Shown piece by piece: positions 50,601-58,939 of a DNA stretch of 64,000 nucleotides (within the stretch, counting starts at the first letter, position 1; each line of letters starts with the position of its first letter). Position numbers and translations under genes: made by a program. This DNA comes from an uncultured Acidobacteriota bacterium (GTDB taxonomy: Bacteria > Acidobacteriota > Terriglobia > Terriglobales > Acidobacteriaceae). The notes under the pieces were generated by a model. It was not told the origin of the DNA. It worked only from the letters and a program-made list of their open reading frames with translations, and did no database searches. The stretch spans positions 3,307-67,306 of the forward strand of contig CAVVVU010000018.1 of the NCBI GenBank assembly GCA_963751805.1, written 5' to 3'.

Positions 50601-51575
50601 CTGCACGCTGGCGAGACCGGGAGCTGTGGCCTTGGGCGTCTCATTTGCAGTACATGTAAGCGTATACTGCGCCCACGTGCCAGTCAGAGTCTGGTTTTTT
50701 GTTCCACAATTGAATCCGCCTGAAGAGGCGCGAGAAGCAGAGATCGCCAAGACGGGAGCTCCAGAGGCGGCCTTAGCCCAGAAGCTGATCTGATAGGTGC
50801 CGTTCATGAGAACGAACATGTCCAGTGCTGGCGCGGCATCGAAGTAGGAAGCGAAACCGGCGGAGGAGCCGCTTGCGCCTGCATCCAGTGTAAGGGCCTG
50901 GGAACCGCAGGTAGCACACAGGTCAGTAGTGTTGGAAGTGAGTTTGCCGCCGGAAGAAACCAAGGACCAGATGCCGGCTTTACTGGATTCCCACCAGGAC
51001 TCAGGAGTCGGGGCTGTCGTCTTGCTAAGAACTACGACGTCGCCCACGGCAAACGCACCCGCGCACGGCTGGGCGGCGGTGTACGTAGGGTAGGTATAGG
51101 TCGACACCGAGCCCGGAGGGTAGTTCGGACCGGAACTGGCGGCAATGGCGCCAGTGCAGCCCAACTCCGGGCCGCCGGATTGGGAAGCAACTACGGAGAA
51201 TGTTCCGCCGACCCAATAATTAGGTGGCTGCCCGTCCCAAAGGTCTGGATCGGTAAAGGTCGTCGTTGTTCCGCCGACTGAGAGCGTGGCCACCTGCTGC
51301 ATCAGGAGCGGTTCGAACCCTGGGTTGATCGATCCGATCAGATTTTTGAGGATTTGACCATTATCCCAATAATTTACAGAGCCGATGTTGAGGCCGATTC
51401 GCTTCGTCTGAGGCTGGATAATGGCCTGATCGTTCAGCACGACTGTGGGGGTCTGCGCCAGAACAGGGAGGCTGCAAAGGACGGCAATCAACATGAGCAA
51501 AGGGCCGGTGAGAGCAAAGCCCTTCAGGAAGCAAGGAATTCCGCTACGTGAGCGTGTCGTAAGATGAAGCCGCAT
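47625..51575 (-). CDS. Large secreted modular protein: GH-A-clan-like catalytic region with CBM4/9-like insert, three chitobiase/Fn3-associated repeats, C-terminal L-type lectin domain
   Basis: Signal peptide; ISFWAK...WAQYTLT...YIDNLSF; FCNECWN and VYEFG; ITLPAHSVTAL; three P.FS...TY...YYT.DG..PT..S..YS.P repeats; QAGSAWY...ADGFTF...AYAGFTAGTG. Confidence 0.75.
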   Translation of the reverse strand: MRLHLTTRSRSGIPCFLKGFALTGPLLMLIAVLCSLPVLAQTPTVVLNDQAIIQPQTKRIGLNIGSVNYWDNGQILKNLIGSINPGFEPLLMQQVATLSVGGTTTTFTDPDLWDGQPPNYWVGGTFSVVASQSGGPELGCTGAIAASSGPNYPPGSVSTYTYPTYTAAQPCAGAFAVGDVVVLSKTTAPTPESWWESSKAGIWSLVSSGGKLTSNTTDLCATCGSQALTLDAGASGSSAGFASYFDAAPALDMFVLMNGTYQISFWAKAASGAPVLAISASRASSGGFNCGTKNQTLTGTWAQYTLTCTANETPKATAPGLASVQVRATNGVAYIDNLSFQKINTDPANTTVLRDEVFYALKNFYNNQSGGNPGMLRDWLNQNAETVDNWASPSYARKPSASGHNYFAGPVGSGTVALSLEDYLNICMALHAEPYLEVPVTISTQDASNLIEFLAGSSSSQWGARRASLGQTASWTSVFDQIHLSFCNECWNGSSFAGQSLPSRSGTPNSEYYYDYSTRAKAVFAAMRSNANYSQDAFDLVLNAQTAVSYSMNAAVARAHPDSIEIEGYTYGNVSNFSTDTALWQPLDVENYGRFVNPTDPTNYYQSVHDYEGLNTCGANGSTACHVNVYEFGSGTLAGSIDQAHLDSINAGAGTGVFFPLLSLLNEQYYNINAQSYFALTEYQNNSQNGHAAKVWGIAVDMGGATNNMRPQYLGMSLVNQSIIGPMFDCSLSNNAMYNFAGSPTNGTSATHGVPVTQDVPYLYSFCFENGSNRSMVLINTDLTTPHTLTFSGTNVPSGNVIQRQYAPASLDALNEAPTGTSSYMANATLGITSTTLSGAKSITLPAHSVTALDFVAGGSNTVTAAATPTFSLPSGTYTSSQTLTINDATSGATIYYTMDGTAPTTSSAVYSGPLTVGGVVTLKAFAAATGYTASAVASASYTISLPVAPAPSFSPAAATYNSVQSVVISDVAPSAVVYYTTDGTTPTQASLLYSGPVLVNASETLKAIAVAPGYVGSSAATATYTINLPAPADPVLSPVPGTYATAQTITVTDPTPGALLYYSTSGSGVSANWTLYSNPLTVSATQTLSIKAMVGGASSNAVTGTYTITTPSIDYSNGFNASTLQVNSNSSLVGTFLELTPKASYQAGSAWYTTPVPVSGFVTDFNFQILQGAADGFTFTLQNSPRNYLAVGSNGGGLGYKGITRSVAVKFAFYNGDTTGVYTNGVSPKTSSTDVAGAAIDFCSGHIFNAHLVYSTGALAVTITDTQSGARFSQSYAVDIPAAVGGTTAYAGFTAGTGSASANQKILSWTYSLNP
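48245..48982 (-). repeat. Three tandem ~82-aa chitobiase/beta-hexosaminidase C-terminal (Fn3-associated) domain repeats
   Basis: Visible in translation: AATPTFSLPSGTY..., APAPSFSPAAATY..., PADPVLSPVPGTY... Confidence 0.8.
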
Positions 51576-51721
51576 ACTCTTGATCTCCTCAGGAAGAGCC
51601 AGGCCGCCTTTGCAGCAGCAGTTGTTGAATATGCGTAGAACTTCGCTGAACTTGCGGACGCAAGAACCGAGACGCAGTCAACGGAATCGCACTTCAAAAC
51701 TTGGCTTGTTGGCCCTTGACA

Positions 51722-51737
51722 AGCATGTGTCGGGCCA
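51722..51737 (-). promoter_or_regulatory. Sigma-54 (-24/-12) promoter for the 1316-aa gene
   Basis: Minus strand TGGCCCGACACATGCT versus consensus TGGCACG-N4-TTGCW, with exact GG-N10-GC spacing. Confidence 0.55.
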
Positions 51738-51836
51738 CTTTGCGGCGAGGAAGGAAGATAAAACTCAAGTTCTTTGTTATGTATTGTTTGTGTGGCATTT
51801 CAGGAAATTCTTCTGCAGGCGAGGCAGAGTTCTACG

Positions 51837-51858
51837 TCTGAAATCCAGACTTTAGACG
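51837..51858. promoter_or_regulatory. Candidate upstream activator sequence
   Basis: GTCTG-AAATC-CAGAC palindrome with an overlapping TTTAGAC half-site, about 100 bp upstream of the -24 box and separated from it by an AT-rich tract. Confidence 0.4.
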
Positions 51859-51906
51859 AGACATCTGATAGTGAGATTTTTCTTACATAACGAGTGATCT
51901 TGCAAT

Positions 51907-53277
51907 CTACAAAGCAGTTGAAGCGCGCGAACTCAGTCCATACTGACGAAGTTTGGCGTAAAGGGAGCTACGAGGAATACCCAGCTTCTGGGCCGCTCGC
52001 GGAACATTCCAATTTTCTACCTCGAGCATCAGCACAATATGATTTCTTTCCACCTCGGCAAGGGTGCCGAGGGTTTGGGCAGGCGATGGGGCGGGGTGCT
52101 TTCGGGTTGTCGACTCGAATTCAAGTCCGGTTTCTCGGATGACCCCGTCCTCGGTCAACAAGGCAGCGCGTTCCAGAACGTTGCGCAGTTCACGAATGTT
52201 GCCGGGCCACGGGTACTTGTTCAGAGCGCGACGGGCTTCGGCTGTGATCTGAAGCGGTCCGTGACGCATATCCGCGCCAAGCTGCAGCAGAAGTCGATCG
52301 GTGATTTTCGGCAAGTCATCGAGGCGTTCGCGAAGAGGAGGGATGCGAAGGCGAACCGGGCTGATTCGAAAGTAGAGATCGCTGCGAAATTTGTTTTCGG
52401 CAACCAGATCTTTCAGGTCGCGATGAGTAGCCGCGATGATCTGAACATCTACCTTCCGTTCAATCACATCTCCTAAACGGTGAAAGCGCTTTTCCTCGAC
52501 TACTTTCAGCATTTTGGACTGGATCATCGGCTCCATATCACCGATCTCATCCAGAAAGATGGTTCCTCGATTGGCGGCCTCGAGTAAACCAACCTTGTTG
52601 CCAATTGCACCGGTGAACGACCCCTTCTGATGTCCAAAGAGTTCTGACTCCAGCAATTCACCGGAGAGACCGGCGCAGTTCAGGTCGATAAAAGGCTCGT
52701 CAGACCGAGGGCCCGATTTGTGAAGCCACCGGGCGAGGACTCCTTTGCCCGTACCGGTTTCGCCTTGGATCAAGACAGTACTGCTGACCTCGGCAACACG
52801 GGTGGCCGCTTTTTTGAGGAGGAGCATCTCGGCATTTTGGCCGAGAAATGGATCTCGGTCGTACCGGGCGCGTTCAAGGCGGTGTGCGGCATCCTTGTGA
52901 AAGTTTTTGTAGTTCGCGATCACACGCTGCAACAAAGTATCGAGGGCGGCCAGGTCGATGGGCTTGGGGATAAATTGCTCTGCGCCATTCTTGACTGCTT
53001 TGACGGCGAGGTCGATGCTGGCATGGCCAGTCGAGACGATTACGGGTATGCGCAAATCCTGACTTCGCAAAGCATCAAGGAGATCGAAGGCCGTGCCGTC
53101 TTTGAGTTGGTAGTCAACAAGGATGGCGCTGGGCGTCAAGCTTTGTATCTCTTTCAGCGCGGCGACGACACCCTCGGCCTCCCGCATGTGAAAGCCGCGC
53201 AGCCTCAAGCCTTCGACTAGCACATCCCGCATGAGATCGTCATCTTCAACGACGAGTACGCTTTCGATCCTGACCAT
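51907..53277 (-). CDS. Sigma-54-dependent response regulator (NtrC family)
   Basis: REC (VVEDD, LVD), GETGTGK, ESELFGHQKGSFTGA, FLDEIG, WPGNIRELRN, Fis HTH; alternative start at 53313. Confidence 0.93.
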   Translation of the reverse strand: MVRIESVLVVEDDDLMRDVLVEGLRLRGFHMREAEGVVAALKEIQSLTPSAILVDYQLKDGTAFDLLDALRSQDLRIPVIVSTGHASIDLAVKAVKNGAEQFIPKPIDLAALDTLLQRVIANYKNFHKDAAHRLERARYDRDPFLGQNAEMLLLKKAATRVAEVSSTVLIQGETGTGKGVLARWLHKSGPRSDEPFIDLNCAGLSGELLESELFGHQKGSFTGAIGNKVGLLEAANRGTIFLDEIGDMEPMIQSKMLKVVEEKRFHRLGDVIERKVDVQIIAATHRDLKDLVAENKFRSDLYFRISPVRLRIPPLRERLDDLPKITDRLLLQLGADMRHGPLQITAEARRALNKYPWPGNIRELRNVLERAALLTEDGVIRETGLEFESTTRKHPAPSPAQTLGTLAEVERNHIVLMLEVENWNVPRAAQKLGIPRSSLYAKLRQYGLSSRASTAL

Positions 53278-53552
53278 CTCATCTCCGCCTACGTTTCGGA
53301 CATTTCCGCTCAATGGGATTCATGTGAGTTGAACGAATGCCGGCCTGGAGAACACCTGACATAGGCAAGCTCTTGACAAACTCCGTCAGATGCTTGGATG
53401 CACAGGAGTCACATCGATTGGTGACCATCGCGCCGCTATAAGGGAATTTTACGCTTTAAGAAAAACTTTAGTTATGACACAGAGCACAAAATCATGATGT
53501 CTGTTCGCTTTGGAACCGACCAGGCAGTCTGATCCCTTCCGGGAACGACCGG

Positions 53553-55022
53553 TCAGTGTTCGTGAAGGGGTTGCGAGGGAGTGGGCAAGAACACGTCGAA
53601 CAGCGTACCCCGATACGGTCCGGCGGTCCGCGTGCGGACGCGAATGTGGCCCTGGTACTTGCCTAGCACCTCGCAGCTTAGCCAGAGGCCGATGCCTGAG
53701 CCCTTCAGAGACTTCGTACTGAAAAACGCTTCAAAGATACGGGGAAGAACGTCGTCTGGAATTCCGCTTCCATTGTCACTGAAGAGGAATCGAACGCCTT
53801 TCGTTCCACTGGGATAATTGGTGGATCGCCGACACCGAACAAGGAGCTTTTTCGGTTCAGACTCGAGAGCGTCGAGGGCATTCGAGATGAGGTTGTTGAA
53901 TACCTGACGGATCTCGCCGGGGTGTACAAGAATCTTGTCGGCGCAGCGAAGTTCGGCGACGAGTTTCGTACCTGAGTTACTGAGGTGTGCGCGAAACATG
54001 GCCAGCACGCCGTCAAGGACCTCATCCGCCGCCGTGAGCACAGGCTCCAGAGACTCACGGTGATATGCGAGTACCTGCTTCGTGATTCGGCTGATGCGCA
54101 TCAGTTCCTCGAACGCCTGTTCGATATAAGCGTGTGCGGGATCTTCGCCTTCAGTCGCCATCGAGGAGAGGTAAAGCAGGTTTGACATTGCTTCGAGCGG
54201 ATTGTTGATCTCGTGCGCGATGATGTGCGCCAGGCGTCCTGTCGCTGCCAGGCGTTCGCTCAGCTTGAGCGTCTCCTGCAGCTTTCTCTGGTCAGTTATT
54301 TCGGTGACGATGAGGATAGAACCGCTGTTGTTGACGGGATCGTTGCGTATAGCATCGTGGCGGATGCGAAACCAGCGATTGGCAAAGTTTCGTTCCATCG
54401 GGATGTTCTTTGCCGTTGACAGGCTGAGGGCGTGCAAGTCGATGCCGAATCGGGATTGAACGACTTCATCAAGCGATCGACCCTCCAGATCAGAAGACAC
54501 CAGATCCAGCAACTGCATGAAGGTGGCATTGGCACGAACGAGTTTTCCATGGTTATCGGCCAGGGCGAGACCATCGCTCAACGCATCGAACGTGGTCTGC
54601 CATTGCAACGCGGACACATGAGAGAGAATCTCTGCTTGCCGTAATCGCAGTAAGGCGTTGACTTGGGCAATGAGGACGGTCGGCTCCACGGGAAGCGTCA
54701 GATACGAATCTGCTCCCTGCTCGAGCGCCTGCACTTTACTTTCTTCCGAAAGAAAAGATGCTGAGATTTGCAGGACCGGTATGTTGCAGGTCGCTGGATT
54801 GGCTTTAAGCCGGCTGGACACGTCGTAACCCAGCATATCGGGAAGATTTACATCAGAGATGATGATGTCTGGCCCCCCCATGGCACGCATCAGGCCTTCC
54901 TTGCCGGTACGTGCCTCCTCTACTTCAAAGCCGGCTCGCTGAAGGATCCTACGGAAAATGTACCGCGTAGCCTCTTCATCATCGATGACCAGAACACGCC
55001 CTAAGCTCTCCTTGTTGATCAT
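53553..55022 (-). CDS. REC-PAS-histidine kinase hybrid
   Basis: N-terminal REC (IDDE, SDVNLPD), PAS-like region, AHEINNPL, NLISNALDA, DNGSGI, GSGIGL. Confidence 0.92.
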   Translation of the reverse strand: MINKESLGRVLVIDDEEATRYIFRRILQRAGFEVEEARTGKEGLMRAMGGPDIIISDVNLPDMLGYDVSSRLKANPATCNIPVLQISASFLSEESKVQALEQGADSYLTLPVEPTVLIAQVNALLRLRQAEILSHVSALQWQTTFDALSDGLALADNHGKLVRANATFMQLLDLVSSDLEGRSLDEVVQSRFGIDLHALSLSTAKNIPMERNFANRWFRIRHDAIRNDPVNNSGSILIVTEITDQRKLQETLKLSERLAATGRLAHIIAHEINNPLEAMSNLLYLSSMATEGEDPAHAYIEQAFEELMRISRITKQVLAYHRESLEPVLTAADEVLDGVLAMFRAHLSNSGTKLVAELRCADKILVHPGEIRQVFNNLISNALDALESEPKKLLVRCRRSTNYPSGTKGVRFLFSDNGSGIPDDVLPRIFEAFFSTKSLKGSGIGLWLSCEVLGKYQGHIRVRTRTAGPYRGTLFDVFLPTPSQPLHEH

Positions 55023-57148
55023 GAGGGCTCCTCGCATTGTGCACGTGCGATCTGCTGTTCAATGAGGTCGCGGAGCCTTGCGACGGCGTCTAGCAGCGTG
55101 AGGGATTGTTTTGGAAATACCGGAACTGCCTGCCTTGCGAAGAAGTCGACTTCCTCAGAATCGAGAACCTTGGTGGAGTGCAGAACCACCGGCGTGCGCT
55201 CAAGTTCCGGAAGTCCACGGAGATTGCGGAGTACCTCGCGACCGTTCAAGTCTGGCATGAAGAAATCGAGAAAGATCAGGTCCGGGGCCAGGTCCCGAGC
55301 CAGCCGAATACCTTCCCTGCCGTCGCGCGCTTCGAACACTTCATAGAGAGACTCGGGGATGAAACTTCGCAGCAGGTAGCGTGACACCTCGTTGTCATCG
55401 ACGATCAGGATTCTTGCGCGAGGCTTTTCATGGGTGATTTCATGAATTCGGCGGATCATGTCTTCAGGAACGAAAGGTTTTGACAGATACGCGTCGGCAC
55501 CCGCGCCATAAATACGATGTACATCGTCTGTAGAACTCATCACCAAGACCGGAATGGGATTGGGACTGGCCTTCAGTCTGCGCAGGTAATCCCATGTACT
55601 CTCAGCACTGAGCATAACGTCGAGGATGATCGCGGACGGCCTGACTTGGTCCAGAACTGCCTCTGCACCCGCAACCGTACCGACGGTTTGCGATTGGAAC
55701 CCAGCAGAGTCTAGATAGCGTGAGTACGTTAAAGCCGTTTCTACATTGTCCTCGACAATCAAAACGAATTTTTTGTCCGGCTCGATGCGCAAGAGTGAGA
55801 CTTCGACCGCAGGGGAGACTCCTGGCAGATTGACGGGCACCTTCAGAGAAAATGTTGAACCTGCCCCAACAATACTGGTCACCGTCACTGACCCGCCGAG
55901 CATTTCTGCAAATTTCTTCGAGAGCGGGAGGCCGAGACCTGTCCCTTTCACCTTGCGCTGCACAGAACTATCGACCTGCGAAAACTCCTCGAAGATGAGC
56001 GGCAGGTCACTTTCCGTGATGCCAATCCCCGTATCGCGCACGGCAATTTCCACCGTGTCTCCATGCGGGCGCGCGAAAACTACCACTTCCCCGCTGGGCG
56101 TGAACTTGATGGCATTTGAGATGAAGTTGCGCAGGATCTGAGAGACTTTCTGTTCATCCGTATAGAGCAGCGGCAAGCCAGGCTCCACCTCGAAAGACAA
56201 AGTCAACGAGCTCTCCGCGAGCAGAGGTTTGAGCATCCCTCGCAATGCGCCGAACATGTCTTCGATAGCAAAGCTTTTTGCTTTGATTTCGAGCCGCCCT
56301 GCCTCGACTTTTGCCAGATCGAGCAGGTCGTCCACCATTTCAGCTAATTCCTTTGCTGACTTTTGAATGAAGCGTATTTGCTGTTCCTGCTCCGGGGTGA
56401 GGTCGCCGTCCATGCGATCGAGGAGCATTCTCGTCAGAGCCAGCATCGAGTTCAGCGGCGTGCGAAACTCATGGGACATGTTGGAGAGAAAGCTGCTCTT
56501 CAGCTCAGAGGCGCGACGAAGATAATCAGCGCGCTCGTCTAGTTCTGCATAAAGAGCGACAACGCCCCGGTTGGTGTCCTGCAATTCGGAATTGATCCTG
56601 TCGAGTTCATCCTTGCGTTCTCGCAATTCGTTGAACGTGCGCAGAAGCTCTCGGTTTTGAACCTGCAATTCCTCAACCGGCGATACCGGATGCTGGTGGT
56701 TGATCTGGAAGACGAGACGCTGCATATCAGCCTCGTCGAGGGTCGCGCCATGCAGCGGAAGAGACTTTGCAAATTCCACCGAGGTGCCCAGCCCTGTTGA
56801 ATCAATGACGAACTCATCCATCAGACGCTTGGTGCCCAGGATACCCTTGCCCATCCCGGTGGTAGAACGGTAGGAGCCGCTCAGAACTGTTTCGAGATGA
56901 GGGATGCCGGAACCATGATCCGTCACTCTTGTCCAAAACTTGCCAGCATCCGTGTCGACGCTGAACGCGACGGCGCCGTCGCGCGCGTAGCGAAAGGCAT
57001 TGCGGGCGATCTCGGACACTGCGGTGGCAATTCGAATCTGATCAGGATGGTCGAAACCTAGAAGACCGGAGATGAAGCGGGCACGTTGACGCGCATTGAC
57101 CACGTCGCGTTCATCGCGGAGAACCACCGAGTGCAGCAGGCGTTTCAT
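55019..57148 (-). CDS. Hybrid histidine kinase with N-terminal RsbT-like ATPase domain and two receiver domains
   Basis: ATAVSEIARNAFRYA...GMGKGILGTKRLMDEF, coiled coil ELQDTNRGVVALYAEL, SHEFRTPL, NFISNAIKFT, two REC domains. Confidence 0.9.
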   Translation of the reverse strand: MKRLLHSVVLRDERDVVNARQRARFISGLLGFDHPDQIRIATAVSEIARNAFRYARDGAVAFSVDTDAGKFWTRVTDHGSGIPHLETVLSGSYRSTTGMGKGILGTKRLMDEFVIDSTGLGTSVEFAKSLPLHGATLDEADMQRLVFQINHQHPVSPVEELQVQNRELLRTFNELRERKDELDRINSELQDTNRGVVALYAELDERADYLRRASELKSSFLSNMSHEFRTPLNSMLALTRMLLDRMDGDLTPEQEQQIRFIQKSAKELAEMVDDLLDLAKVEAGRLEIKAKSFAIEDMFGALRGMLKPLLAESSLTLSFEVEPGLPLLYTDEQKVSQILRNFISNAIKFTPSGEVVVFARPHGDTVEIAVRDTGIGITESDLPLIFEEFSQVDSSVQRKVKGTGLGLPLSKKFAEMLGGSVTVTSIVGAGSTFSLKVPVNLPGVSPAVEVSLLRIEPDKKFVLIVEDNVETALTYSRYLDSAGFQSQTVGTVAGAEAVLDQVRPSAIILDVMLSAESTWDYLRRLKASPNPIPVLVMSSTDDVHRIYGAGADAYLSKPFVPEDMIRRIHEITHEKPRARILIVDDNEVSRYLLRSFIPESLYEVFEARDGREGIRLARDLAPDLIFLDFFMPDLNGREVLRNLRGLPELERTPVVLHSTKVLDSEEVDFFARQAVPVFPKQSLTLLDAVARLRDLIEQQIARAQCEEPS

Positions 57149-58149
57149 CGCATTCCATCCATCGGCGCAACCAGGACGGTGGCGTCGTCGCGCTTGCGGC
57201 TGAAATCCCGGTAAAGCAGACCAGCGAGCAATGCGGGGTGGCGGGTGGAGAAGCCGGGGTAGCTCGTTGGAGAGGTCTTGGATGCTAGGCCATCGGAAAA
57301 CATCACCAAGGACGATATTCCTTCCAAAGAGTACGTGGACTCGTGAATGACCCGAGGCATGATGGCACCCAGGGTACCGTTTTGCGACACGAGGTTGCGA
57401 GAAATCGATGTGCCTACCAGTGTGGCGCTCACGTTGCCGATACCTGCATAGGTCAGGCTTCTGCGTTTCCAATCGACGAGGGCGATTGACATGGCGGCGC
57501 CGCGGGTCTTCTTGAGAGCCTCGTGCGCACGCGTCATGAGTTCAACAAGGGGCTGACCGGCATGCTGCCTCACTGTCTTGATGGCCTCAATGGCTGCCTC
57601 TGCAGCACCCCCACCATGTCCCAGACCGTCTACGACAACGTAAAGGGGCTGATTTTCCTGCTCGAGGACGAGGAAAGAATCGCCAGCGACCGATTCGCCT
57701 CTCAAGGGCAAACTAACGATGCCCGCCTGAGAGGCAAATCCCGGCTGATCTCGCAGAAAACGCGACCAGTAGACAGTTCCCTTTTCCGGCACGGACAGAA
57801 TGGAGGATGCATCGGACAGACGCTTGATTGCTCCCAGGCCGTGACCGGCAGTACCGGTCGTCGAAAAGCCATCTTCCATGGCCCGACCGACGTCGTGTAT
57901 GCCCGGGCCGGTGTCGAGGGCAAACAGGTCGATCCATGCAGAAGCGCTGTCGCGAAACGGGCAAACGAGAAACTCGCCAGTCTGAGCATGGAGCAAGATG
58001 TTGTTGGCGGCTTCAGTCGCTACGATGCCGATGTTGCTGCGTTGATCTTCGCTAAAAGATAGGCCGGCAGCCGCCGATATGGCAGCTCGCCGAGCTTCGC
58101 CAACCGAGCTGCGATCCGTTATCCCTATACTCTGATGGGCCACGCGCAC
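57145..58149 (-). CDS. HATPase + SpoIIE/PP2C phosphatase (RsbX-like)
   Basis: ATEAANNILLHA, DTGPGI, GHGLGAI; VVDGLGHG, MFSDGL, DDATVLV. Confidence 0.88.
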   Translation of the reverse strand: MRVAHQSIGITDRSSVGEARRAAISAAAGLSFSEDQRSNIGIVATEAANNILLHAQTGEFLVCPFRDSASAWIDLFALDTGPGIHDVGRAMEDGFSTTGTAGHGLGAIKRLSDASSILSVPEKGTVYWSRFLRDQPGFASQAGIVSLPLRGESVAGDSFLVLEQENQPLYVVVDGLGHGGGAAEAAIEAIKTVRQHAGQPLVELMTRAHEALKKTRGAAMSIALVDWKRRSLTYAGIGNVSATLVGTSISRNLVSQNGTLGAIMPRVIHESTYSLEGISSLVMFSDGLASKTSPTSYPGFSTRHPALLAGLLYRDFSRKRDDATVLVAPMDGMR

Positions 58150-58156
58150 TTATTTA

Positions 58157-58558
58157 CTACTTCCAGCGAGTCACTGTAACCGTCGTACCCTTACCGGGCT
58201 CGCTCTTGATTTCGAATTCGTTGACTAACCGCTTACTGCCACTCAGTCCCAGGCCCATTCCATTTCCCGTTGTGTACCCGTCTCGAAGAGCTAAGTCGAG
58301 GTTGGCGATGCCAGGTCCTTTGTCCTGGAATGATAGCTTGATGCCCTTCCGTACACCGTTCTCGACTATTTCTGCGATCATCACACCCCCTCTGCCGTGT
58401 TCCAGCGTGTTGCGAGCCAATTCGCTGGTGGCAGTGACGAGCTTGGTTTGATCTACCAGGGAAAATTTCAGTTCATTCGCCCAGGCGCGCACAAGTTGAC
58501 GAACACGAACTACATCGTCCGACACAACAATCGGATGCGTTTCACTCTTCAAGGGCAT
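58157..58558 (-). CDS. rsbT: RsbT Ser/Thr kinase (anti-sigma regulatory factor)
   Basis: TATSELARN, DKGPGI, DGYTTGNGMGLGLSGSKRLVNEF. Confidence 0.92.
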   Translation of the reverse strand: MPLKSETHPIVVSDDVVRVRQLVRAWANELKFSLVDQTKLVTATSELARNTLEHGRGGVMIAEIVENGVRKGIKLSFQDKGPGIANLDLALRDGYTTGNGMGLGLSGSKRLVNEFEIKSEPGKGTTVTVTRWK

Positions 58559-58937
58559 TCGTTTCCTCGAACTCGGGCGCTTCGCCCATGAGTTCTTTAA
58601 GGGCTTCCATGCCACGCTCAACATTCAGCGCGGTACGAATTCCAGGAAGCGCCATCCCCAATTCCACCAGAGTAATCGCCACCGCCGGCTGCATGCCGGT
58701 CAGCACGGTGTGTGCATCAAGCACGCGCGACATTGCCGCGATGTTGGCCAACATCCTTCCGATGAACGAGTCGACAATCTCGAGAGACGAAATGTCGATC
58801 AACACTCCCCGGGCACCAAATTTGGCGATCTGGGCGGTAAGGTCCTCCTGCAAGGACAAGGCCAGTTCATCATGCATGTCGACCTGAATGGTGACGAGCA
58901 GGCAATTTCCTACTTTGAGAATCGGAATCCGGTCCAT
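58542..58937 (-). CDS. rsbS: RsbS STAS protein
   Basis: MDRIPILK, IDISSLEIVDSFIGR, GMQPAVAITLVELG. Confidence 0.93.
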   Translation of the reverse strand: MDRIPILKVGNCLLVTIQVDMHDELALSLQEDLTAQIAKFGARGVLIDISSLEIVDSFIGRMLANIAAMSRVLDAHTVLTGMQPAVAITLVELGMALPGIRTALNVERGMEALKELMGEAPEFEETNALEE

Positions 58938-58939
58938 CG

